Of a stretch of 64,000 nt of DNA, positions 9,752 through 18,683 are shown piece by piece. The position numbers and the translations under genes were made by a program. The stretch lies in the sequence record PQ306574.1, one strand, 5' to 3'. This stretch comes from Escherichia phage vB_EcoM_PTE-Eco09. Each line of letters starts with the position of its first letter. The first letter of the stretch is position 1. The notes beneath the pieces are model-generated. The model saw only the letters and a list, made by a program, of their open reading frames with translations, made no database searches and was not told the origin of the DNA.

Positions 9752-10081
9752 ATGTTTTTGAATGCCACCCTTTCCCAGAAAAGTGATAAAATCGAACTTC
9801 TGTATGTCATTGCTGATGTGGACGTACAACGAAGAAATATAGATTTAAAAATTCACAAATATTATACTATGAGCGAATATCATGAAATAGAGATCCCACA
9901 TAGTGTGTATCCTGCATTATTGTTAGGAAAAGGAAATCTAAGTGAATATTCTTTGAAAGTCATCAAAGATTCTAAATCAATGCTTGCTCATATGGAAAAA
10001 GATTTTCTTGATGAAGTTTCCGCGCTAGTTATTAAACTGAAAGAAGAAACAGCACCGCTTTTCATGGAACAAAAAGGTTGA
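9752..10081 (+). CDS. hypothetical protein
   Basis: 109-aa ORF with own promoter and SD GGAGGA; no recognisable domain. Confidence 0.45.
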   Translation: MFLNATLSQKSDKIELLYVIADVDVQRRNIDLKIHKYYTMSEYHEIEIPHSVYPALLLGKGNLSEYSLKVIKDSKSMLAHMEKDFLDEVSALVIKLKEETAPLFMEQKG

Positions 10082-10105
10082 CGCCGAACACAGATGATGT
10101 ATAAT
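10078..10105 (+). promoter_or_regulatory. early sigma70-like promoter
   Basis: TTGACG 10078-10083, 16-bp spacer, TATAAT 10100-10105, leader ACAAACATCGAAACA. Confidence 0.55.
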
Positions 10106-10136
10106 ACAAACATCGAAACAAAGAGAGGACTATATT

Positions 10137-10466
10137 ATGTGGACAGTAGAAAAAATCGTTGACGAATCAACCGAAATTGTCTCGTGTGGCACTATTGAAG
10201 AATGTCTTAAAGCCGCTAACCGTGAATGTATTACGGTTTATGAATCCCGTCGCGGTGATGGTAGCTTGATTCAAAGTGATTATCGTTACACCGCACATAA
10301 AATTGTATTCCGTTTCTGGGAAAACGGTGTCAATGTCGGTGTCAGCTTACTGAAAATGTGGCGTGATTATTCCGAACGCTACTATGTTTCTCCTGATGAT
10401 GGTAATGAATTTAAGACAGCAATCACAGAAGAAAATGTAAACGAAAACTATTTCAAACTGATTTGA
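10137..10466 (+). CDS. hypothetical protein
   Basis: 109-aa ORF downstream of promoter; no recognisable domain. Confidence 0.45.
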   Translation: MWTVEKIVDESTEIVSCGTIEECLKAANRECITVYESRRGDGSLIQSDYRYTAHKIVFRFWENGVNVGVSLLKMWRDYSERYYVSPDDGNEFKTAITEENVNENYFKLI

Positions 10467-10481
10467 TGGGAGATTTATATT

Positions 10482-11051
10482 ATGATTCAATGTGTATTTG
10501 CTATTGGTGACACTAAAATGTCAGATGAAAATTGGGCTTTTGGTTTTAAAGGCGGTTTACCGTGGGGGCGTCCAATTAAAAAGGACATGGAAAACTTTAA
10601 AATGCGCACTATGGGAGATGTTGATCTTGCGGCGGTTGTAATGGGACGTAATACCTTTGAAAGTCTGCCTAAAGCACTGGAAGGTCGTCTTAATGTGGTT
10701 ATTAGTACCGATGCCAGCAAGCCGACACCGAAAGCCAAAAACGGCGACCAGCCTAATGTGTATACTGGAATTGAATTAAAGGATCTGTTAAAAGTCCTGG
10801 AGAAAACGCAAGGTTTGGTAAGTGTTATCGGTGGACCTTCCCTGATTGAAAAAGCGGTTGACTTTGCGGATCGTATTGTGTTAACATATGTTCAACGAGC
10901 AGGAATTAATGATCCGTTCGAATATGATGTTGGTATCTCTAAGGAAATGATTCAGGAATTATATTTTGACTTTGCAACAAAAGAAGAACATAATTACTTC
11001 CTTGATGATTACCTGATCAGCGAACAAATTTTAGAACGTAAGAAGGCGTAA
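10482..11051 (+). CDS. frd: dihydrofolate reductase
   Basis: 189-aa ORF in frd position before td; N-terminal region resembles recalled T4 Frd / DHFR fold (GLPWGR, MGRNTFESLP, GRLNVVIS). Confidence 0.8.
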   Translation: MIQCVFAIGDTKMSDENWAFGFKGGLPWGRPIKKDMENFKMRTMGDVDLAAVVMGRNTFESLPKALEGRLNVVISTDASKPTPKAKNGDQPNVYTGIELKDLLKVLEKTQGLVSVIGGPSLIEKAVDFADRIVLTYVQRAGINDPFEYDVGISKEMIQELYFDFATKEEHNYFLDDYLISEQILERKKA

Positions 11052-11144
11052 CATGAAAATTCTGACAGATTATGAGTGCAAACATTGTGGTGAATCTTTG
11101 ATGTTTGCTGGTAGTCGGTGCTTACATTGCGGACGGGAACAATA

Positions 11145-11414
11145 ATGAAAGTCGGTATTATTCAATTATGGACGGCTACCAGTGAAAACTACGCAGTAGC
11201 CGTAGATTATTACGGTTTACAATATCTCTATGATGAAGCGAGCGCATCATGGCTTCCTGTGCAAGAAAATAGCGATATCTCAAGACCTGCTACTATATTC
11301 GACCGTGGCGTTGTCTTTATCGATATTGACGAGACAGTAGCAAAACTGCGTAAGAAAGCAATCAACAAGAAAAAGGTGATGTGGGATGAAAGAATATTTG
11401 AAACTATTGCGTGA
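11145..11414 (+). CDS. hypothetical protein (frd-td intergenic ORF)
   Basis: ORF with ATG at 11145 overlapping td start; no recognisable domain. Confidence 0.35.
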   Translation: MKVGIIQLWTATSENYAVAVDYYGLQYLYDEASASWLPVQENSDISRPATIFDRGVVFIDIDETVAKLRKKAINKKKVMWDERIFETIA

Positions 11415-12606
11415 TGTTCTCGATAATGGCTGGCCTCGTGAAGATCGAACGGGGGTAGGTACGCTCTCTAAATTCGGCGCAGAGATGCGAATTGACTTAA
11501 GCAAGGGTTTCCCATTACTGACCACTAAAAAGATGGCTACAGCCTCTGTAATTGGCGAATTGCTATGGTTTATGGAGGGATCACTTGACCGCCGTCGCTT
11601 ACAGGAAATTACACGCGGTAAGTTTGACGAAGAAGCCTTCGACATTTGGCGCGGCAACTGTCTTGATATGAAAGAAAAGAATCCTTTGCGATTCAATGGT
11701 TATAATGTCGGCAATATGTATGGTATGGCGTGGCGACGCAAACCGATTCATCCACACGGTGAAATCAAAATTAAGCGCGTTAAGAGCAAATATACACATA
11801 CATTTAAGCACCCGTGGGTAGAAGACTTTACGCCAACCAATGAAACAGAAGACCGTTTATGTGCTATCTGGCGTGGTATGCGTTATGAAGAGTTTGATTA
11901 TATTCTGGTAGCAGACCACTGGAAGACTCAATCTAATTTTGTTAATGATGCATATTGCTTGTGGGGATTCCAGGAATGGGTAGATGATGGTTATTTCGGT
12001 TATCTGCTTGATAGTGATTATCTGGGTGGGGATATTATAGCACCGGATACCACGATGTTTGTTAGTATGGACGTAGACACATCAAGCACTAAAGACGATG
12101 AAGAATATGTCTATCGCCCGAAGATTTGGGAAGACCAGTTACAAAACGTGATCGAACAAATTAAAAACAATCCAACGGATCGCCGGATCATTATTGACTC
12201 ATGGAACGTACAAGGAACACATAATGCTGTATTAGGTGTATGTCATCCTTTCGTGCAATTCTACGTCAATGAAGGTAAACTGTCTTGTATGTGGTTTCAG
12301 CGAAGCGTAGACAGCTTTTTAGGCTTGCCCTTTAACGTCGCCAGCTATGCGCTGTTAACTCACATCATAGCGAAAATGTGTGATCTTGAGGTAGGAGAAC
12401 TGATTTTCTCTGGTGGAGATACTCACATTTACAAAAACCATTTTGATCAAGTCATGGAACAGTTAAGCCGTGTTCCGTTTGATAAACCAACAATTGAGTT
12501 GCCGGAATTTAAATCTTTAGATGAGGTATTGACAAAGACTCCGAAAGACTTTAAAATTCACAACTATCAAAGCCATCCAGCGATCACCGCTCAAATGGCA
12601 GTATAA
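11386..12606 (+). CDS. td: thymidylate synthase with large in-frame insertion
   Basis: Canonical ThyA blocks (DRTGVGT, FPLLTTKK, ELLWF, DRRIIIDSWN, CHPFVQFYV, LSCMWFQRSVD, FLGLPFNVASYALL, GDTHIYKNH) but 406 aa versus about 264-286 aa for typical enzymes. Confidence 0.9.
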   Translation: MKEYLKLLRDVLDNGWPREDRTGVGTLSKFGAEMRIDLSKGFPLLTTKKMATASVIGELLWFMEGSLDRRRLQEITRGKFDEEAFDIWRGNCLDMKEKNPLRFNGYNVGNMYGMAWRRKPIHPHGEIKIKRVKSKYTHTFKHPWVEDFTPTNETEDRLCAIWRGMRYEEFDYILVADHWKTQSNFVNDAYCLWGFQEWVDDGYFGYLLDSDYLGGDIIAPDTTMFVSMDVDTSSTKDDEEYVYRPKIWEDQLQNVIEQIKNNPTDRRIIIDSWNVQGTHNAVLGVCHPFVQFYVNEGKLSCMWFQRSVDSFLGLPFNVASYALLTHIIAKMCDLEVGELIFSGGDTHIYKNHFDQVMEQLSRVPFDKPTIELPEFKSLDEVLTKTPKDFKIHNYQSHPAITAQMAV

Positions 12607-12609
12607 ACA

Positions 12610-12629
12610 AAGGGGGCGAAAGCCCCCAA
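12610..12629 (+). other. GC-rich hairpin with GAAA loop (GGGGGCGAAAGCCCCC) between td and nrdA
   Basis: Perfect 6-bp G/C stem with GNRA-type loop; no U-tract on + strand, T-tract on - strand. Confidence 0.5.
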
Positions 12630-12674
12630 TATGGAGGATAAACTTGTTCCTGCTAAAATATGAAGTGAGGTAAT

Positions 12675-14918
12675 ATGATTAAAAATGTTGTTAAGTCTTC
12701 CGGTCTGACTGTTCCGTTTGAAAAAGAAAAAGTAATGAAAATTCTGGAAGCGGCAGCCGAAGGTCATAACGTTGATCCATATGAATTGTTTGATATGGTT
12801 GAACCACTTCTGACAGAAGGTATGTCTACCAATGATATCCAGAAAGTATTGATTAAGGTCGCCGCAGATAACATCACGGTAGAAACACCCGATTATCAAT
12901 ATGTAGCAAGTAACCTTGCAATGTTCGCGCTTCGTAAATCAGTATACGGTCAATTCCAACCTATTGATTTTTATAGCCATATTGAGCGTAATATTGCAAC
13001 CGGAAAATATGATCGCGAAATTCTGCAAAAATATTCCCGTGAAGAAGTGGAATATCTGGAGAAATTCATCGACCATAAACTTGATTTTAAAATGACCTAT
13101 GCTGGTGCGATGCAGTTAAAAGAGAAATATCTTGTTCAGGATCGCAGCACTAAGAAAATCATCGAAACACCGCAATTTGCGTATATGCTGATCGGTATGT
13201 GCTTGCATCAAGAAGAGACCGAAAATCGACTTGAACATGTGATTGATTTTTATAATGCGGTTGCGAATAAGCAAATCTCTCTGCCTACTCCGATTATGGC
13301 AGGTGTGCGTACCCCAACACGCCAATTTAGTTCGTGTGTGGTGATTGAAAGTGATGACTCATTGCAGGGTATTAATGAAACCGCAAATGCAATCATCAAG
13401 TATATTAGCAAGCGTGCTGGTATCGGTATCAACGCTGGCATGATTCGCGCGGAAGGATCTAAGATCGGGCATGGTGAAGTTCGTCATACTGGAGTTATCC
13501 CATTCTGGAAACATTTTCAGACTGCCGTTAAGTCATGCTCACAAGGCGGTATTCGTGGCGGGGCGGCGACTCTCTATTACCCAATGTGGCATTTAGAGTT
13601 TGAAAGTCTGATTGTGTTAAAGAACAATAAGGGGGTGGAAGATAACCGCATTCGTCATCTTGATTACGGCGTACAGATTAATAACCTGATGGTAGAGCGA
13701 TTCCTTAAACGGGATTACATTACTCTGTTTAGTCCAGATGTTGCAGGTGGCTTGTTGTGGGATCTATACTTCCGAGATGAGGAAGGTTTCCGCCAGCTTT
13801 ACGAAAAACTGGAAAAAGATCCGAGTGTTCGTAAAACTCGTGTTAAAGCCGAAGACCTGTTTTTAGCGGTGGCAATTGAACGTTTTAACACTGGTCGAAT
13901 CTACCCAACGTTCACAGACAACATGAACAATCACGGGGCGTTTATTCGTAATGTAGCACCGATTAAACAATCTAACCTGTGTTGTGAAATTGCTCTGCCA
14001 ACAAAACCGATGGGTCGTGATGATTCAGAGATCAGCCTATGCACTTTGGCAGCATATGTTTTAGGTAATTTCGATATCGAAAATATGGAAGAAGTAGAAC
14101 GCATTGCTATGGTTATGGTGCGTGCACTTGACAACCTGTTAGATTATCAGGATTATCCTGTAGAACAAGCTCTGACAGCCAAAAAACGTCGCTCTCTGGG
14201 TGTTGGTGTGACTAACTTTGCATCGTATCTAGCAGATAATTTCTTCACATATGAAGACGCTAGCGAGTTTACGCATAAAACGTTTGAACGCTTGCAATAT
14301 GCTCTGATTAAGGCTAGTGTGCGACTGGCTAAAGAGAAGGGTGCTTGCGAACTGATGCACGAAACACGCTATGGTCGCGGTGAACTTCCTATCGACTGGT
14401 ACAAAAAGACAGTAGATGAACTGGTTGATCCGGTGTATGAGATGGATTGGGAAGAACTGCGCGAAGACCTGAAAAAATATGGCATTCGTAACAGTACGCT
14501 TTCGGCGCTGATGCCCTGTGAGTCATCTTCTCAGGTGTCTAACAGCACAAACGGTATTGAACCGCCTCGCGGGATTGTATCGGTTAAAGGATCGAAAGAA
14601 GGGCAATTTAATCAGGTTATTCCGAACGTAGAGAATAATGCTGATGTTATTGACCTGCTTTGGACACTGATCAAGAAAGGTAACAAGCCCTATCTGACAC
14701 TGGCAGCGATCATGCAGAAGTTTGTAGATCAGGCGATTAGTTCCAATACATCCTATGATCCAAGCACTTATAAGACTGGTAAAGTCGATATTGCTGATGT
14801 GTTAGATGATATGTTGTTCGCTCAACATTACGGTCTGAAAACCCTGTATTATGCGAACGTTCGCGACGGTGCAGATGGTACGGAAGACGCTAGCGAGTGC
14901 TCATCTTGCAAGCTGTAA
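12675..14918 (+). CDS. nrdA: aerobic ribonucleotide reductase large subunit
   Basis: 747-aa ORF with class I RNR alpha features and C-terminal Cys pair (ECSSCKL). Confidence 0.95.
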   Translation: MIKNVVKSSGLTVPFEKEKVMKILEAAAEGHNVDPYELFDMVEPLLTEGMSTNDIQKVLIKVAADNITVETPDYQYVASNLAMFALRKSVYGQFQPIDFYSHIERNIATGKYDREILQKYSREEVEYLEKFIDHKLDFKMTYAGAMQLKEKYLVQDRSTKKIIETPQFAYMLIGMCLHQEETENRLEHVIDFYNAVANKQISLPTPIMAGVRTPTRQFSSCVVIESDDSLQGINETANAIIKYISKRAGIGINAGMIRAEGSKIGHGEVRHTGVIPFWKHFQTAVKSCSQGGIRGGAATLYYPMWHLEFESLIVLKNNKGVEDNRIRHLDYGVQINNLMVERFLKRDYITLFSPDVAGGLLWDLYFRDEEGFRQLYEKLEKDPSVRKTRVKAEDLFLAVAIERFNTGRIYPTFTDNMNNHGAFIRNVAPIKQSNLCCEIALPTKPMGRDDSEISLCTLAAYVLGNFDIENMEEVERIAMVMVRALDNLLDYQDYPVEQALTAKKRRSLGVGVTNFASYLADNFFTYEDASEFTHKTFERLQYALIKASVRLAKEKGACELMHETRYGRGELPIDWYKKTVDELVDPVYEMDWEELREDLKKYGIRNSTLSALMPCESSSQVSNSTNGIEPPRGIVSVKGSKEGQFNQVIPNVENNADVIDLLWTLIKKGNKPYLTLAAIMQKFVDQAISSNTSYDPSTYKTGKVDIADVLDDMLFAQHYGLKTLYYANVRDGADGTEDASECSSCKL

Positions 14919-14926
14919 AATAAGTG

Positions 14927-14955
14927 TTGACGCGGGGAGAAATCCCCGCTATAAT
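14927..14955 (+). promoter_or_regulatory. PeSL-type early promoter (stem-loop in spacer)
   Basis: TTGACG 14927-14932, spacer CGGGGAGAAATCCCCGC (palindrome), TATAAT 14950-14955. Confidence 0.6.
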
Positions 14956-14986
14956 ACAACCATCAAAAACAAGTGAGGATTTTATT

Positions 14987-15154
14987 ATGACCAAATTAAA
15001 ATGTGTTGCTGTAGATTTTGAGCTAGCTGATAGCTTTGTTGTTGGTGATGAATATGATGCTCGACATGATGGGACTTGCTACTACGTCGAGGATGAATAC
15101 GGTGTAGAATGGGCGATTCTTCCTGATGATAAATGTTTTGAGGTTGTCGGATAA
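14987..15154 (+). CDS. hypothetical small acidic protein
   Basis: 55-aa ORF after PeSL promoter and SD GTGAGGA. Confidence 0.4.
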   Translation: MTKLKCVAVDFELADSFVVGDEYDARHDGTCYYVEDEYGVEWAILPDDKCFEVVG

Positions 15155-15330
15155 TGGCTACTGTATGGTTATTGATTGCAATAAGCAATTCAATGTATAA
15201 TTACGGAAATATGTCAAGCATTGAGTTTGCAACAAAGCAGGATTGCGTTAAAGCTCGCGAGATTATCCGCGAAGACAATAAACGCTTTATGAATCTATAT
15301 TGCGTTGAAAAACAAAAGGTGAACTAATGG
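15154..15330 (+). CDS. hypothetical small protein with N-terminal hydrophobic segment (paralog 1)
   Basis: MATVWLLIAISNSMYNYGNMSSIEFATKQDC...; start overlaps upstream stop. Confidence 0.3.
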
Positions 15331-15494
15331 CTACATTATGGTTATTGCTTTCCGTTAGCGTAGGCGTATATAATAAAGGAACTGTTACCAGCGTAGAGTT
15401 TTCATCATATCAAAATTGTTTTGAAGCTGTGCAGGAATTGCAGCAGGATAGCGAAATAAACAGAAATACTAAGTTCTTTTGTGTTAAAAAGTGA
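15327..15494 (+). CDS. hypothetical small protein with N-terminal hydrophobic segment (paralog 2)
   Basis: MATLWLLLSVSVGVYNKGTVTSVEFSSYQNC...; tandem paralog of previous ORF, start overlaps its stop. Confidence 0.3.
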   Translation: MATLWLLLSVSVGVYNKGTVTSVEFSSYQNCFEAVQELQQDSEINRNTKFFCVKK

Positions 15495-15502
15495 TAGTGA
15501 GG

Positions 15503-15562
15503 TGAATTAATCCTTCTTCTGGATACCTGATAAATAATGGTATACAGAAAAGAGGATTAATT
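15503..15562 (+). promoter_or_regulatory. inverted repeat sequestering the RBS of the downstream HNH gene
   Basis: GAATTAATCCT (15503-15513) pairs with AGGATTAATTC (15552-15562); 3' arm contains SD GAGGA, ATG at 15564. Confidence 0.5.
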
Positions 15563-15563
15563 C

Positions 15564-16211
15564 ATGAACTTACAAAAACTACATGACGCAATCATAGAAA
15601 AAGCAAAGACGAGAGGAACCGTTGAAGGGTATAAGGAAACACATCATATTTTACCGCGATCTATGGGTGGCGGTGATGAAGTTGATAACCTGATTGAGTT
15701 GACAGCAAAAGAACATTTCGTGATTCATCATCTGCTAGCAAAAATTCATGGTGGACCTATGGCACAAGCATTTGGTATGATGTGTTTAGCAAAAAATGCG
15801 AAGACCAATAAAAGAGATTATATTGTTTCGTCTAGGGTATATGAACAAGCTAGGGTACTTATCTCTGAACAAAGAAAGGGCAAACCTATGAAAGAAGAAA
15901 CGCGAAGAAAGATTAGCGAATCTTCGAAAGGTGTGTTGAAATCAGAAGAGACAAAAGCTAAAATGCGTAAGCCAAAAACAAAGGAGCACGCGTTAAACAT
16001 TTCAAAAGCTAGAATGGGCAGTAAAAATCCTATGTTTGGGAAACCATCGCCAACTAAAGGAATACCACATAGTGAGGAAATGAGAAAGCTGATTGCACAA
16101 AGGACAAAGGAAGCAACAATGGCAGATCCTTGTCCGCATTGCGGTAAAATTACCAATAAAGGCAATTCTCTACGATGGCACTTTGATAACTGTAAAATGA
16201 GGAATATGTGA
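15564..16211 (+). CDS. mobE: HNH homing endonuclease with NUMOD3-like repeats (mobE-like position)
   Basis: HNH motif (THHILPRSMGGGDEVDNLIELTAKEHFVIHH) and repeated K/R-rich NUMOD-like motifs; located between nrdA and nrdB as T4 mobE. Confidence 0.7.
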   Translation: MNLQKLHDAIIEKAKTRGTVEGYKETHHILPRSMGGGDEVDNLIELTAKEHFVIHHLLAKIHGGPMAQAFGMMCLAKNAKTNKRDYIVSSRVYEQARVLISEQRKGKPMKEETRRKISESSKGVLKSEETKAKMRKPKTKEHALNISKARMGSKNPMFGKPSPTKGIPHSEEMRKLIAQRTKEATMADPCPHCGKITNKGNSLRWHFDNCKMRNM

Positions 16212-17378
16212 ATGGGAAATACGGTATTTAATCGTGAACACGTTGATATTATGAATGAACCGATGTTTCTGGGCAGCGGTTTAGGTATCGCTCGTTATGA
16301 CATTCAGCGTCATCAAGTATTTGAAGAATTAATTGAAAAATCTCTGTCATTTTTTTGGCGCCCCGAAGAAATTTCACTTGCAACCGACCGCATTCAATAT
16401 CTTAATATGGGTGACGTTGAAAAGCGTTTCTTTACTGAAAACTTGAAGTATCAGACATTACTTGATTCTATTCAAGGTCGCGCACCGTCCGCAGCATTTG
16501 GTCCAATTGTATCTGATCCAACTCTCGATACATGGTTGCAAACATGGACATTCAGCGAAACGATTCATAGCCGAAGCTATACACACATTATGCGTAACTG
16601 TTTCATTGATCCGGCTAGTGAGTTCGACCAGATCATCGATAACCCTGCTATCATGAAGCGAGCGGAATCTATCGGGAAATATTATGATGATGTTCTTTAT
16701 TGGATTCGTAAGTATGAGAATGCAAAAGAAGATCTCCGCTATTGGGAAGAACGAGACGACCAGACAGCATTAGATGATGCAAGAAGATTTTTTGAAGATA
16801 CAAAACGAGATCTGATGGCTTCGATTTATCTGTGTGCACACTGCGTAAATGCACTGGAAGCAATCCGTTTTTATGTGTCCTTTGCATGTACTTTCAGCTT
16901 TGCCGAACGTGGTTTACTGGAAGGTAACGCGAAGATCATGAAATTTATTGCGCGTGATGAACAACTTCACTTAAAAGGAACACAATACATTATTCGTCAA
17001 TGGCAAACGGGGGTTGATGGTGATGAGTGGAAACAGATTGCGGAAGAACTTGAAGGCGAAGCAACGAAAATCTTTCTGGATGTTGTCGAGCAAGAAAAAG
17101 AATGGGTAGACCACCTATTCGCAATGGGGGCAATTCCTAACCTGTCACCGGAAATTCTGAAAACCTATGTAGAATACCTGGCAGATTCCCGTATGCGTGC
17201 TGCCGGACTGAAAAGCCCGTTTAGTGTTCGTCGTCATCCGTTACCGTGGATGCGTAAATGGTTGAACTCTGACGAAGTACAGAATGCAGCGCAGGAAGTA
17301 GAGATTATGTATCTGGTATCTCAGGTTAATACCGATTTAACAGACGACGACTACAACCGATTCGGGAAATATCTATGA
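16212..17378 (+). CDS. nrdB: aerobic ribonucleotide reductase small subunit
   Basis: 388-aa ORF with class I RNR beta di-iron/tyrosyl-radical-type fold features; position after nrdA. Confidence 0.9.
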   Translation: MGNTVFNREHVDIMNEPMFLGSGLGIARYDIQRHQVFEELIEKSLSFFWRPEEISLATDRIQYLNMGDVEKRFFTENLKYQTLLDSIQGRAPSAAFGPIVSDPTLDTWLQTWTFSETIHSRSYTHIMRNCFIDPASEFDQIIDNPAIMKRAESIGKYYDDVLYWIRKYENAKEDLRYWEERDDQTALDDARRFFEDTKRDLMASIYLCAHCVNALEAIRFYVSFACTFSFAERGLLEGNAKIMKFIARDEQLHLKGTQYIIRQWQTGVDGDEWKQIAEELEGEATKIFLDVVEQEKEWVDHLFAMGAIPNLSPEILKTYVEYLADSRMRAAGLKSPFSVRRHPLPWMRKWLNSDEVQNAAQEVEIMYLVSQVNTDLTDDDYNRFGKYL

Positions 17379-17851
17379 TATATTTTGTCGATTTAGATTT
17401 TACGATCACAGATCCAACGCATCGACTAGCAAAGATGCCAACCGAAAATCTTGATAAAGTCGAGTCATGGATCGAATATAACAAAGCATGTGGGGGAGAT
17501 TCCCCCATTTACGATGTAATTCGTGTTATTAATGCTCTTTCCGACAACGGGCATTTGATTTACATCCTCACAGGACGAAGTTCACATGCTTACATGGAAA
17601 CAATTGATTGGTTAATTTCTAACGGGGTGTGTTTTGATAAAATCTTTATGAGAGGCCGTACCGATTCCCGTAAAGACTATCACATCAAATTAGAGGTAAT
17701 TAAATCCTTTGATAAAGATGAAGTTGTCGGAGTCTTTGAGGATAACCCAGAAGTGATTAAAGTTTTGCGTGAAAATGGTTATCGTGTCTTTGACGTAGGA
17801 AATCACAAAGATAAGACGCGAGCGGATATTGCAAATCACGGTCATGATTAA
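17375..17851 (+). CDS. HAD-superfamily phosphatase (nucleotidase / 3'-phosphatase-like)
   Basis: N-terminal DxDxT motif (FVDLDFTIT), later ILTGRS and EDNPEV blocks typical of HAD hydrolases; start overlaps nrdB stop. Confidence 0.55.
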   Translation: MIYFVDLDFTITDPTHRLAKMPTENLDKVESWIEYNKACGGDSPIYDVIRVINALSDNGHLIYILTGRSSHAYMETIDWLISNGVCFDKIFMRGRTDSRKDYHIKLEVIKSFDKDEVVGVFEDNPEVIKVLRENGYRVFDVGNHKDKTRADIANHGHD

Positions 17852-17863
17852 TGTTTGTTCAAA

Positions 17864-17888
17864 GTCGCCCATAGTGGCGACTTTTTTG
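17864..17888 (+). terminator. intrinsic terminator
   Basis: GTCGCC-CATAGT-GGCGAC hairpin followed by TTTTTTG. Confidence 0.7.
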
Positions 17889-17898
17889 TTATTGGGTG

Positions 17899-17927
17899 TT
17901 GACAATCGGATCGGGGTATAGCATAAT
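17899..17927 (+). promoter_or_regulatory. PeSL-type early promoter
   Basis: TTGACA 17899-17904, 17-bp spacer, CATAAT 17922-17927, leader GCACCCATCGAAACGGAGG. Confidence 0.55.
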
Positions 17928-17951
17928 GCACCCATCGAAACGGAGGAACAT

Positions 17952-18170
17952 ATGGAAACAGAAGAACAAGTCATTGCATATTTTCATCGTAAAAAGATGA
18001 AACTTAGAATCGAAAAGCAGTACATCAATCACTACATTGACCGAGTTCACTTAACAAGTACACCTTACCTATTCCGGTTGATAAACCCTAGAAAACGGTG
18101 GGAGAAGTTGGATAGAAACACAAAAATAATTGATAAGCTCACCCAGTGGTGGAATGAATACAACAAGTAA
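17952..18170 (+). CDS. hypothetical protein
   Basis: 72-aa ORF after PeSL promoter. Confidence 0.4.
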   Translation: METEEQVIAYFHRKKMKLRIEKQYINHYIDRVHLTSTPYLFRLINPRKRWEKLDRNTKIIDKLTQWWNEYNK

Positions 18171-18177
18171 AAAGTAG

Positions 18178-18206
18178 TTGACACTGAATAACTGGGGTAG
18201 TAAGAT
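18178..18206 (+). promoter_or_regulatory. PeSL-type early promoter
   Basis: TTGACA 18178-18183, 17-bp spacer, TAAGAT, leader ACTCCCATCGAAACGAAA, SD GGAGAATCAAA. Confidence 0.5.
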
Positions 18207-18239
18207 ACTCCCATCGAAACGAAACAAAGGAGAATCAAA

Positions 18240-18458
18240 ATGAAATTTACTTGCACCGACTCTATCAGCAAGCACTTTGTAGTAGGCGAAGTATACGAAT
18301 CTACTACCATTCGCCAGCGTGACCTGATGGGTCGCCTTTACAATCAGCCAGTATTCATTATTGGCGAAGAATTGTTCTACATTGAAAACCGTCCGTGGGT
18401 TGCTTTCAATAAACGAGGACGCAAGGTAGCAAAATTCGAACTTGTCATTAAAAAGTAG
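18240..18458 (+). CDS. hypothetical protein
   Basis: 72-aa ORF after promoter/leader/SD cassette. Confidence 0.4.
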   Translation: MKFTCTDSISKHFVVGEVYESTTIRQRDLMGRLYNQPVFIIGEELFYIENRPWVAFNKRGRKVAKFELVIKK

Positions 18459-18487
18459 TTGACAGCATGAAACGGGGGTAGTAATAT
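18459..18487 (+). promoter_or_regulatory. PeSL-type early promoter
   Basis: TTGACA 18459-18464, spacer with GGGGGTA...TACCCCC palindrome spanning the -10 (TAATAT), conserved leader. Confidence 0.5.
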
Positions 18488-18525
18488 ACCCCCATCGAAA
18501 CGAAATACACTTTAAGGAGAATCAA

Positions 18526-18675
18526 ATGAACAACTTTGACGCGGTACTGAAAATGGCAATCGAAACTTACGCGGAGATCTCCGGCGAGAAAGTAGAGGAC
18601 ATTATCAAAGAATGTCAGAACTTTGAAAGCCAGACAGCCAAGAATGTTCAAATGTTGATGTTTGCGGTTGCATAA
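18526..18675 (+). CDS. hypothetical small protein
   Basis: 49-aa ORF (MNNFDAVLKMAIETYAEISGEK...) after SD GGAGAATCAA. Confidence 0.3.
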   Translation: MNNFDAVLKMAIETYAEISGEKVEDIIKECQNFESQTAKNVQMLMFAVA

Positions 18676-18683
18676 AAAAGCAG

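Noticed and set aside
11740-12129. td insertion as a group I intron or intein
   Set aside because: The reading frame is continuous, so it is not an intron; there is no Cys/Ser/Thr at the N-terminal junction and no His-Asn at the C-terminal junction, so it is not an intein.
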